A stretch of 64,000 bases of DNA. Origin: Octopus sinensis (taxonomy: Eukaryota). A model generated the notes under the pieces. The model saw nothing but the letters and a program-made list of their open reading frames with translations, searched no databases and was not told where the DNA came from. The position numbers and the translations under genes are program-made. Numbering within the stretch: position 1 is the stretch's first letter; each line of letters begins with the position of its first letter. Shown piece after piece: positions 40,401-54,300 of this stretch. Where the stretch lies: positions 203,794,001-203,858,000 of the forward strand of contig NC_042997.1 of assembly GCF_006345805.1 (NCBI RefSeq), read 5' to 3'.

Positions 40401-43400
40401 TGCTCTTCTTTGCTGTCACATCTCATGAATGAACCTTTTTTTGGACCAAATAGTGACTGGTGATGAGAAATGGATTCTCTATAAAAATGTCAAGCACTGA
40501 AGACAGTGGACAGGGAAGGGAGAAACCCTGGCACCCCAGGCTAAAAATAGGTCTTCACCCACGTAAGATGTTGTTATCTGTTTGGTGGGATATGAAAGGT
40601 GTAGTCCACTTTGAAGGTAAGGTACAAGAAGCCAGTCTGGTTGGTTTGAACATAAAACAGGTGGAATATTTTGACCAGATATGACCAGTTTAAAATGCTG
40701 AAGAGTTAATCACATTATCTACTTACAGCTGTTCTTATTTTCCAGTCTTGGAAGACTTAAGTTAACAAGAACACTGTCCATTTCAAAATTGCAAAAATCT
40801 TCAAACTTTACATGAATGCCAGGACTTTTGATGATGATTGCTTTTATCTAACCAACATATGTTTTCTGAATAAAGCAATCATTTTTTATATTGTAGCAAG
40901 ATTTCGTGACTTTCATCATGGGGCATCCTGACTTCCAAGAATTTGGATCCTGGATTACGGTAAGTTCAATCTATTCTAAGGGAAAAGGTTTGGCTTATCT
41001 TTAATGGAAATGAACGGTTTTTTTTCAGGTTACACAGGGGAAAATATTTTGTACATGTTCACTTAGCATGCTAGAAATAGTAATCAAATATCTCTTAGAT
41101 AATTCACAATCACCTTCAAAAGGAAGGACACATTAGATAATATTACTATGCATACATTTTATCTGGAAACCAAAACATGGGGTGGTTATAGTTGGAATAT
41201 ACTTTGTGAATATCGTTTTATTGTTGCTGAGATTCTAATAGTTTGTAATTCTTAAATCAAAACGTCTGGAAGTCTCTTAATAACATTTTCTCCTGAACCA
41301 ACATTTAATAATTCCAACTAAATATTAAACTATTTTTTAGAAGAATTAGAATTTTTATGAATTCTAGAACCTTTTTGAAAGGTTAAAATTGATTTATCTG
41401 TTATCTTATATTTCTTTCAGTCGCTAGGCTGTGGCCATCCTGGGGCATCCCCTTGAAGAATTTTAGTCGAATGAGCAGACATCAGTATTTATGTCTTTTT
41501 AAGTCTGGTACTCATTCTATTGGCTGTTTTGCCAAACTGCTATGTCAGGGGGAAGCAAACACACCAACATCGGTTGTCAAATGTTGTTGGTGGACAATAC
41601 AGACATAAGGACACACAAACACACACACACACACACTCACACAAAGGGCTTCTTTCAGTTTCCATCTAGCAAATCAGAAGACTTTGGTCAGCCCAAGACT
41701 ATTGTGGAAGACAACTGCCAAAGGTGCCACACAGTGGGACTGAATCCAATTTAATTTTGTTTTGAATTTCGATGGTGAGGGAGTGAGAAAGAGAATGAAA
41801 GAGAGAGACTTCAGCCATACTGTATATGATGGCTAACTTGGATGCGGTCACTATTGCAGTTTCCAATCTTGCTTCCTTTCCTTCTTCTCTCTGTCTCTCC
41901 TTCATTCTATGCACCCCCACCTCTTCCATACACACTCACTTCTCCACCTGTCTTTGTATTGTTCTTATTAGTAGCAAAATGGTTACAAATCAAATTATGA
42001 AGACTTTTTAAGTATGATGCAATCATGATAGTAATACCTTCTTTCAGTTGCTTCTTTTTAAATATAAGTCCTTTTATTGAATAAATGCAAGCTAACAAAT
42101 GATAGAAATATACTTCTGAAAGAATCTGTAGGTAATTAGAAGATGATTAGTGAGATTAAAGGTGGTTGTCTATCCAGAATTATGTTGCTACCTTTTAACC
42201 CCATTTTGTTTGTGGGTTAAAGCAATATAAATGACACAACTGGTAATGGGACAGAAATATGACAGATCTTAATTTACAAGGCAAAGTTTACACAAATGTG
42301 TTTGTAAGATTGTACATAGATGTTTTCGTGTTTTACAATCAATTGAATAATGTAAAATAGGAAGTGTCAAATCCACTGAGAAGGATTTGGACTTACCTGC
42401 AGATTTAGTAGAAGACACTTGCTCAAGGTATCACATCATGGAACTGAACCACAAATCACATGATTGGAAAGCAAACTTCATAACCACACAACCATATCTG
42501 CACCTATTCTTAGTCATACACTCAGGTTTACACCTACCACAACTAAAAGTATTCCTTTCTAATAAAAGCATAAGAACCAAAATTTTGGGTTGGTTAGGGT
42601 TGATTACACTAATTCCGAAAGAAAAGGATAGGAAGCAAAATAGGCCTTTTGTAGATTTGAACTCTAAATGTATTACATGGAAGAATATGTATTTCAGTTG
42701 CCTCAAAGAACACTAAGCTGAGCTAGAATAATAATAATTTACTTTTGTTAGGGGAATAATAATAATAATAATAATAATAATATTAATAATAATAATAATG
42801 GAACACCCCTCCCACACGAGAAGTGGTATGTGCTAGTCATTACAAATACTCTGATGTAGGAAGTTGAGTTGTCGAGATGTTGAAGTCGGTCATAAATAGT
42901 CATGTCTTTATTTGTCTAACTATATTGCTATACTGGAGCAGATGTTATAACAGTCCGACGTTAGATTAGAACAAATTTTTAAAAAGTGAGTTGTGCAATT
43001 TACTTGAAACAATGTAGTACAAAAGTAGAATAATGAAGGAAATGAAGAACAAGGAAATCTTCTGACAAACTTTCTGCATTGTTGGAAGCTTTTCTTATTT
43101 CACATTTCATTTATTATTCTACTTCAATAAGTTTTTAATATTTTCTGTTTTATTCATTACAGCGCACCGGATTGGAGAAACAGTTTCGACGACAAAATAT
43201 CACAGTTTTTCTTCCAAGTAAAACCTCTTTGGATAAAATACCAAAAAATGTGATGGATTATTTGAAGTCTAAAAATGTGAATACATTCTATCATATTTTT
43301 ATGTATCATTTATCTTTTGTTGTTTCAGTTATTGGACTGTGGCCATGCTGGAGCATCACCTTAAAAGATTTCAGTCATAAAAAGCACCCCCAGTACTTAT

Positions 43401-46400
43401 TTTTTTAGTCTGGCACTTATTCTGTCTGTTTCTTTTGCTGAAATGTTAAGTTGAGTGGACACCAACAAACCAACACCAGTTGTCAAGTGGAAGGAGCCAA
43501 ACACAAACACACACTCACACATGGACACACAGACACAAACATATATATGACAGGCTTCCACACAGCTTTTGTTTACCAAATATAACCAAAGGCTACAGAA
43601 GAAGTCACTTGCCGTAGATGTCTTTTGGGACCAGCGTGGAGTAGTGATGATGGATTTTCTGGCAATGGGTACCACAATTAATGGGGGTATATTATGCTTC
43701 TCTGCTACAGAAATTTCAGGATGCCATCAAAGCAAAGAAGCATGGCATGCTGAACAAAGGAGTCCACCTCCTCCAAGATAACACCCCAGTTCACAATGCA
43801 CATGATGCCCAGGTGAAAGCACACTCCTGTGCCTATGAAATCCTTCCTCATCCCCCATACTCTTCCAACTTCACACCATCTGACTTCCACCTCTTTCCAA
43901 CCATGAAGTCTTTTTTGAAGGGGAAGCACTTTCAGATGATAATGAACTATTTCTGAGGTAAAGTCTTTGCTTCAAACGCAACCTACTGACTTCTACAGAT
44001 GAGGTCTTCACAGCTGCATAAAGCAATGAGAGAAGTATGTTACCATTGGTGGTGGCTATGTAGATAAGGACTAATAATTATACCAAGTCTTGTTTATCCC
44101 AGTCCTTGGGAAGGGGATCAGGGGAAATCTTTAATGACCATCCCTTGTAAGTAGCAGCTAAACACTGGAGTTTACTGTAATCAACTTACCTTCCTCTATG
44201 AAATTGCCGGCCTTGTGCCAAAATTTGAAACTCTAATTTGCTCTATCATCAACATTTCACTACATTTTTAGGTTCTTTACATTTGGCACAGTTTTGAATT
44301 CTTAAACTTTTATTGCAGCAATATAAAGATAACATTTCTTGTCAAACATTACTTAATCCAACCTTAAATAACTTATTTGGTAGCAAAGAATAATGCCTTA
44401 TTCAGTTTGTGGCCATTTCATGCTGCTGCTTGGCCAGACCATCATTAGTATTCCCAGAGTCTTCGGCTTTACTTATTAATTACCATATTTAATTGTGTAT
44501 AAGTTGCACAGTTTTATAGCTTTGATCTTTTTCTTGTTTCAGTCCTTAGACTGCAGCCATGCTGGAGCCCTGCTCTGATTAATCGACCCCAGTACCCTTT
44601 TTTTCCCTTTAAGCCTGGTACATATTCTATTGGTCTCTTTTGCCAAATTGCTAAGTTACGGGGATATAAACATACCAACACCAGTTACCAAGTGATGATG
44701 AGGGACAAACACATACGCACATGCACACAGACGCATACGCACACATACACATGCACACACGCATACGCACACACACACACAGGCGCACACACACATGCAC
44801 ACACACACACACACGTACACACACACAACAGGTTTCCTTCAGCTGCTGACTACCAAATCCACTCTCAAGATTTTGGTCAGCCTGAGGCAAAAGTAGAAGA
44901 CATTTGCCCAAGGTGCCCTGCAATGGGAATGAACCTAGAATGATATGGTTGAGAAAACACAGCTGTCTTGTGCCTATACTGGATTTTAACTGAAAAAAAT
45001 TTGGGCTGTGACTTATACATAGAGCAAAGCTAAAACTATGAACAGAAAAAAAAATTTTGTATCAGGATTTAACAGTTAATTAGGGTTGTGACTTATACAC
45101 AAGTAAATAAGTAATTATTTACATTTAACGGATATTTGTCCTCATCTTGTTTGTTGTTAACACAATGTTTCGGTTGATATACCCTCCAGCCTTCATCAGG
45201 TTAACAACAAACAAGATGAGGACAAATGTCCCTCAAATGTAAATAATGTACATAATTCCTCATCCCTTAAATATAGAACTATAAATAAGTAATTGTTTCT
45301 AACATTGTTTTATTTATCAATTAATGCCGTTCATTTGTTTGCTAACACACAATATTTTCTCTGTTGCAGGGAATCGGGACATGGATTGGTCTTGTGAAAA
45401 ACCATCTACTTCAAACAAAAGTACAACAGAATGCCATATTTGTTATTTTAACTTTTTTTTATGTCTGATACTTTTTAATTGTTATTATTTCACAATTATA
45501 AATAACTAGCAGTATCGCCCGGCGTTGCTCGGGTTTGTAAGGGAAATAACTATATAAGCATTTTTAGAGAGTTATAGCCAAAAAATAGCAAAAAAATGCA
45601 TTAAAAATTGGGAAAAAATGATGGTAAATTTTTTTAAAAATCGTTGACTCATCGTAGACATTTTTAGAGAGTTACTTCCCTTATATAATAGCGAAAAAAT
45701 GCATTAAAATGGAAAAAAATGATGGTAAATTTTTTTTTAAATCGTAGACTCACCGTAGATGCACGCTAATACCCAGAAGGGCTCGATATGAATCACGACT
45801 ATAAGATACCCGGTTTTGGTTAAACTGCACCGCAAAATGTGGGAGTTGTTAGGAATCTAAATCGTAGGAGACAGACAGCACACAACCTCTCTTTTGTATA
45901 TAAAGATCAGATGAAGGGCTCCAAGACAGTGTCGAAGGCATGGGATTTATCTCCAGACTGGCAGCTGGGTCTGAATGCTTGCAATACCATGGCACCACTG
46001 AAGGTATCCAAAGGGCAGGCAGAGGTATCAGAGTGAGAAATGGAGTCTGTCACCCAATAACAGTAAGGGTTTGGCCTCTCCAACTAGTTTTGTGCAACAC
46101 AGTTTTCATAAAGCAAATTTCCCTCATAACACTTTGGTCAACAAAAAATTATAGTAGAAAGCAATTTTCCAAAGTTTCCATGCAGCTGGATTGAACCCCA
46201 AATCACACTGCTGTAAAGTGACATAAAAACACCAGTTCTTATCAGGTTATCAACAACAGATTCAGTGTCTGCAGCTGATGAAGCATAACAATGCAGAAAT
46301 ATGTGTCTTACAATCTAAAGACACTATTTATGGCTGCATGGTGTGTTTTTCACACACCATTGTCTACAAAGAATTTCTCTCCTGAGATAGCATCTGCAGC

Positions 46401-48034
46401 CAAGGTCTTTCCATCTTTGAGTGTTCATGAATGTGCTTACTGTAAGTTTCATGTGATCACATGATCAAACAGACTATTTGATATTTTCATACACTGCTAG
46501 TCACAATGTGCTTTGTGTCATTTTTTAGCTTTCGAATGATGCCACCCTGCTGGTGAGGTGAGGAGGCCAATATCTCCATGATCAGAAGACCAGTCCATCT
46601 CAGGGTGTACCCATTTACAGTTGAGTGGACTGGAACAATATGAAATGAAGTGTTTTGCTCAAGAACACAACATGCCCCTTGCTCAGGGAATCAGACCCAT
46701 GACCTAGAAATCATGAGTATGTCACCTTAACGACCAGGCCATCTGCCTTTATGACTATAATTGTACACACCTTTATTTCAATCATCATAGCTCAGTATGC
46801 TTCTGGTTACTAGAATTCACATTTCTTATTTCAAATTTAAAAAGAAAATAATTGGCATGTTAATTATAATGAAGTAAAACAAATGTCATCCTTAGTTGGA
46901 AGTCAATCCTTTTGTGTGTAAGAATAATTTAGAACTTCAATGATTTTATATTTATTTCTACCAGCGAACTATCACTGATCTGATTGATTCAAAGAAAATG
47001 TATTCATTGGGCAGAACTACATTCCGCATTAAAATATCAAGTAATGTAAGTGAATTTTCTTTACCCGGTTTCAATAATAAGATTTTTTTCTTTCATGTGG
47101 TTATTTATTTATATGTATATAGACAAATATAGGTACATATGTATGTGTATATGTATCTATATATATAGATATATACACACATTCATTCGCTAAGCTGGAC
47201 TGCTGAAATCTACAATTTTTTGTCAATCTCTCTCTGTTTATTTTCTCTTATTCCTTTCTGTCGAAGAGCGTAGGCTCGAAACGTAAAAGACTTTTTCATT
47301 TTCTCAAGTGTCAAACTAATGCACTTGCTTGTTCTTCATACACCTGTCTTCATCTTTTGTATAAAATTCAACTATATATATATATATATAAATAAGTATA
47401 TAATAAATATTAGGGAATGAATCCAAAATTACAGGGAAAAATCAGATTTAGGGTTAAATCCAATTTTATAGTAAAATATTATATAATATAATTCGAGACA
47501 AAACCACTATTTTAAAACCAAACAAGGAAAGACTTAATCAATACATAAAATTTTAATATAAATTAAGTAAACCGCCACTACAAATGTTTCATGTCTGCTA
47601 CCGTATATATATATATATATGTAGGTCCCGGGTTGATTCGGGGTTAACCACAGTAAATAAGGTACTCAATACATAGCAGAGTAAAATTAATTTATTATAT
47701 AGAAGGAGCTTCTACAGGACTAGAACTGTTTCATTCAAGAGAAATCTTCAGGAAGCTAGTTAACAAGAATTGTATTGGCATTTATACATTTAGGCAGGTT
47801 TAAAGGGGTGTTGGTGGGGGACTTTTTGGGGGTAGGCATAGCGCAAAAAATCATACTTGGGGGAGTGGTCAAGGAGTCAGTATGCGTGTGCATGGGTATA
47901 TGTATATGTACATATGCGCGTACGCTCGTGTGTTTATGTATGTGTAGGTACGTAGAGTTATCTATGTGTGTATTTATATGTACATGTGTAAGTATGTATA
48001 TATATGTATGTATGTGTATGTATATGTATGTGTA

Positions 48035-48085
<51 letters not shown>

Positions 48086-48295
48086 GTGTATGTGTATATG
48101 TAGGTGTATGTGTGTATGTATATATTTATATTTATATATATGTGTGTGTATATATGTATATATGTGTGTGTGTGTATATATATATATATTATATATATAT
48201 ATATATGTATGTATGTGTGTATGTGTATATGTAGGTGTATGTGTGTATGTATATATTTATGTTTATATATATATGTGTGTATATATGTATATGTA

Positions 48296-48328
<33 letters not shown>

Positions 48329-48498
48329 CTATGTGTGTAAGTTTATTATATGTATGTATCCGTCTATATAATAGGTAACTGCACGTACATATACTTAATA
48401 TTTATTTTTTGAGTATGCATGTATGTATAACTGCGTGTATATATATTTACTATTTACTTATTTTTTGAGTATGCATGTTAGTATGAATATATATATGT

Positions 48499-48541
<43 letters not shown>

Positions 48542-48664
48542 GTATATATATGTACATGTATGTATTTGTATGTAGGTGTACATGTATGTGTGTGTATTTA
48601 TATTTATTTGTGTATATGTATAGACTAGCCTTCTAAGAGTGTAGACAGGAATCTGTAGGTACGC

Positions 48665-48709
<45 letters not shown>

Positions 48710-50005
48710 TACATGTATGTATTGTATGTAGGTGTACATGTATGTGTGTGTATTTATATTTATTGGTGTATATGTATAGACTAGCCTTCTAAGAGTGTAG
48801 ACATGAATCTGTAGGTACGCGTACGTATGTGATATACGTGAATGTATGTAGATGTATGTATGTATGAATATAACGCGTGCGTGCGTGTATGCGTATGAGT
48901 GTACGAATGAGTGAGTGTACGTGCTAAGAGTGTGCGTGAGTGAATGAGTAATTGTTTTCCAGTAGACGGATAAATGGTCTGGCTGTCATAGCCAAGATGT
49001 TTGTGACCAAGCGGCCAAAGATAACAAAAGTAATAAACGAAGATAATAAAATTAAAATTAGGGAATGGGTCTGTATTTGTATATGTATATATATATATGT
49101 GTGTATGTGTAGGTATGCATGGGTACACATATGTATATATATGTGTATATATATATATATATGTGTATGTGTATATATATGTGTATATGTATGTGTATGT
49201 ATGTATATATATGTGTATGTATGTGTATGTGTGGGTGTATATATATGTGTGTATGTGTATATATGTGTATATAGGGACTAGTGTGCTGTGTGTGCATGTG
49301 TGTGTATGGATTTGTGTGTGTATGCGTGTATGTGAGTATGTGTGTGTATGTGTATATATATATTTTTCTGTGTGTATATGTATGTGTGGTCGTGTGTGTA
49401 TATATACATGTGTGTATACGTGTATGCAAGTGAGTGTGTGTATGTATACATATATATGTGTATGTGTAGATATGTATATGTATGTGTGAGTGTATATATG
49501 TGGTATGTGTAGAGGTATAAGTGAGAATCTCCTCATTTACCTAAAACTCTATTCCCCCCTTTATATATATATTATATATATAATATATATATATATTTTT
49601 ATTTTTTTATTTTTATTTTTTATTTTTTTATATTTTTTTATATATTTTTTTATTATTATTTTTTTATTTTTTTTTATTTTTTTTTTTTTATTTTTTTTTA
49701 TTTTTTATTTTTTATTTTTTACTTTTTATTTTTATTTTTTATTTTTTATTTTTTATTTATTCTCCTATCTAATTTAACACTGACTCCTTGACCACTCCCC
49801 CAAGTATGATTTTTTGCGCTATGCCTACCCCCAAAAAGTCCCCCACCAACACCCCTTTAAACCTGCCTAAATGTATAAATGCCAATACAATTCTTGTTAA
49901 CTAGCTTCCTGAAGATTTCTCTTGAATGAAACAGTTCTAGTCCTGTAGAAGCTCCTTCTATATAATAATTATATATATAATATATATATATAAGTATATA
50001 TATAT

Positions 50006-50077
<72 letters not shown>

Positions 50078-50247
50078 GTATATAATATATATATATATAT
50101 ATATGAATAAGTATATATATATATATATATATATAATATGAATAAGTAATATATATATATATATATATATATGAATAAGTATATATATTATATATATATA
50201 TATATATATGAATAAGTTATATAATATATATATATATTATATATAAG

Positions 50248-50326
<79 letters not shown>

Positions 50327-50351
50327 TATATATATATAATCTTATCTAATA

Positions 50352-50394
<43 letters not shown>

Positions 50395-50570
50395 GTATAT
50401 ATATATATAATATATAATAAATAAGTAATATAATATATTATATATATAATAAGTAATATATATATATATATTATTATATATAAATAAGTAATATATATAT
50501 ATATATATAAATAAGATATATATATATATATATATAAATAAGTATATATATATATATATATATAAATAAG

Positions 50571-50603
<33 letters not shown>

Positions 50604-50735
50604 TTTATATATATATATATATATATATAATAAGTATATATATAATATATTATATATATATTATATAATATATATATATATATAATAATAAGTATATATA
50701 TATAATAAGTTTGGAGAACGGACGTTAAACGAATG

Positions 50736-50820
<85 letters not shown>

Positions 50821-51015
50821 GTATATATAATAAATAAGTTTGGAGAACGGACGTTAAACGAATGATATATATATATATTATATATATTATATATATAAAT
50901 AAGTATATATATATATTATATATATATATATAAATAAGTAATATATATAATAAGTATATATATATAATAAGTTTGGAGAACGGACGTTAAACGAATGATA
51001 TATATATATATATAT

Positions 51016-51050
<35 letters not shown>

Positions 51051-51145
51051 ATAAGTTTGGAGAACGGACGTTAAACGAATGATATATATATATATATATA
51101 ATATATATATATAAATAAGTTTGGAGAACGGACGTTAAACGAATG

Positions 51146-51204
<59 letters not shown>

Positions 51205-51229
51205 GTTTGGAGAACGGACGTTAAACGAA

Positions 51230-51273
<44 letters not shown>

Positions 51274-51321
51274 AAATAAATATATATATAAATAATTTGG
51301 AGAACGGACGTTAAACGAATG

Positions 51322-51353
<32 letters not shown>

Positions 51354-54300
51354 GTATATATATAAATAAGTTTGGAGAACGGACGTTAAACGAATGATAT
51401 ATATATATATATATATATATCTTTATACACACACATACCTATATGTATATATATTTGAATGACATGTTTCACTGGACATTTAAGACAGTAAGACAAACAA
51501 CAATTAACCTCTTGCATCATATTTCTTCTGAAATACGCTGTCTTTTGTTTCAATTAAACTTGAAAATAATGAAGAATTTAGTAAGACATCTATGCCATAA
51601 ATTGTTATTTGGAATAAAAATTAACTTGAAATTTTCATGGAGGGGTTTAATCTAGATCCCTTTAAAGCAGGAAGTTTGTATCATAGACTTGGAACCGTCT
51701 TGGGTGGGTTAGTATCTAAAAAGGTAACAATTAATATTTCAGTCCATTATCAAGGACATAGTTAATTCACTACAGTGCAGCTTCTCTGAAATGCCAGTGG
51801 TAGCATTCTGAAGAACAGTACAACTTTATTAAAAGCTTTAAAATAGAAAACAAATAACTAAATAATATTCCATATTAACTATTTTTTTTGTTTGTATTTA
51901 AATTTCATAATGAATTTCAGTGCTTACAAAATATTTTGTCTTTGAGTAGGGTCAAATTCATTTTGGTCCGAATGCAAACATGACTCAATCAGGTGTTCCA
52001 GTGAAGAATGGAATTGTTCACTTAATCGAAGGTTTACTCTTTCCTGATGATTTGGAAACTCTGGTGCCCCATAACTGTGATAATGTAACCTTCAAAGCTG
52101 TTCATGTAAGTATTAAAGATTTTGGAATAATATTGCTATATTATTATTTTTCGTGGATGCAGGCTTAGCTGGGTGGAGGTGCTTGTCTCCCCCTTGTAAA
52201 CATAAGGACACAGAAAATGTGTCAAGGCCGACAGGAAGCGTTGATGCTTCGTAGGGCTAAATAGTGGTGGTGTGATTCCTTTCATGGGACTGTCACATTA
52301 AGATGACACTACTGCTTATATCTCCCTGAGGATCAGAATCGAAATCGATCAATGGAAATTGCAGATGTGTTACCAGTGCCGGTGGCATTTAAGAGAACCT
52401 TCCGTTTCGCGACCGTTGCCAGCACCGCCCCGTTTCGTGTCTGTTGTCAGCCTCGCCTGGCCCTCGTGCTGGTGGCACATAAAAAGCACCATCCGTTCGT
52501 GGCCGTTTGCCAGCTCTGTCTGGCACCTGTGCGGGTGGCACGTAAAAAGCACCCACTACACTCACGGAGTGGTTGGCGTTAGGAAGGGCATCCAGCCGTA
52601 GAAACACTGCCAGATTTGACTGGGCCTGATGAAGCCTTCTGGCTTCACAGACCCCAGTAGAACCGTCCAACCCATGCTAGCATGGAAAACAGACGCTAAA
52701 CGATGATGATGATGATATTTAGAAATGTAATATTTCTATTATTGTTATATTATTTTATAAAAAACATTGCAGAGACTTAGAGGGAAAATACAGAAAACAT
52801 TCTCAACAATTTAAAGTATTAGACACAAACTTAAAGAGATTTCATAATAAAAAGAAGTGTCAAGTGTTAGTGTTTGTATTTGAACCTAAACAGGTGCTGC
52901 ATTGAACCAAACTGGGGTAATTTCGTTTTATCATATTGTTGTAGAACAATATGATAATATAACTTCTGTAAATGGTATCTTGTAAAACTGGGAAGGAACA
53001 ATGCATAACTTTTCTCATGTTTCTAATATATTTACAGTTGAACACATCAAAACCAATCAATGTAAGGTTTAGTTATAATGTTCCTCATCAGAATATACAT
53101 CTGGTGGTACCAGGACAGATTTGCTTTCATTGCTTTGATGATTTCTTGGACTCAAAGTTAAAGGGTAGAATCTTACAATCACTTGTATTTTCAATACAAT
53201 TCCTAAATTTTCCTGGTCTAAATTCATCCCATGACATCCTCTAAACTTTGAATGTGATGTCCTTTGTTTCAGGAGTCAGTGATCTAAATATGCAATGAAA
53301 TTACTTGAACTCAAACTTAGCTAATTCACACATTGGGATGGTCATGGATGGAATGTCTTTAATCATAGGTCTTCTCAACCAAGGTGGTATTGAGATTAAC
53401 TGACAACCTAATAATGAGTAGTCTCAGTAATACAATGAATTATATCAGAATCTATTCAGTTTTAAAACGGTAAAAGTTGGTATCTCAAAGAGAAAGTTGT
53501 TTTGCCTTAGTCTTCTGAGAAAGAACAGCTACTGCTGGGCCTTCTTAACTGTGGCATCAGTGTTGCAGAACATTAGATTAGGAAACAGTCACAAGGAAAA
53601 ATATAAATCTGTGGTGACTTTTCATTTCTTTGGTGTTAACTTCAATAGAAAACATCTAAATATTTTGAGTTGTTATAAATATGATAAAAGAATGTTGGGT
53701 TGTTGTCCTTGCATTAATTCATAAATGTCTGCAATGCCTTACTGCAAACTGACTTGACATTCTCAGCATCTAAACATAGAATGTGATTTCCTTTGCTACT
53801 TTATGTTATTGATGGATTTGGGGAATAAAAAAGGAATAAATAGAATTCAGAATATGATGTTCATTAAATATTAGTGGGGTGTTTCAGTGCTGAGATTAAT
53901 AAAGGAGAACCATCATCATCATCATTTAACATCTGTTTTCCATGCTGGCATAGTTTGGACGGTTTGATAGAGGACTGGCAAGCCAGGAGGCTGCACCAGG
54001 CTCCAATCTGATTGGGCAATGTTTCTACAGCTGGATGCCCTTCCTAACGTCAACCACTCTGAGAGTGTAGTGGGTGCTTTTTACATGCCACTGGCACAGG
54101 AGCCAGTCAGGCAGCACTGGCATCGACACAGAAATACATACATACATACATTTATATATAAATACAACAAGCTTCTTTCAGTTTCCATCTATGAAATCCA
54201 CTCACAAGGCTTTGGCCAGCCAAGGCTATAATAGAAGACCCTTGCCCAAGGTGCTATACAGTGGGACGGAAACCAGAATCATGTGGTTGGGAAACAAGCT

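Noticed and set aside
47775-49777. Long ORFs rich in Y/I/C/V/H/T (also 2600-3536, 15755-16152, 23921-24191, 58624-59254, 63433-63947)
   Set aside because: Translations of stop-poor microsatellites.
50700-51420. CRISPR-like repeat-spacer array
   Set aside because: Spacers are just (TA)n, the context is a eukaryotic intron, no cas genes, and the repeat is a retroelement tail.
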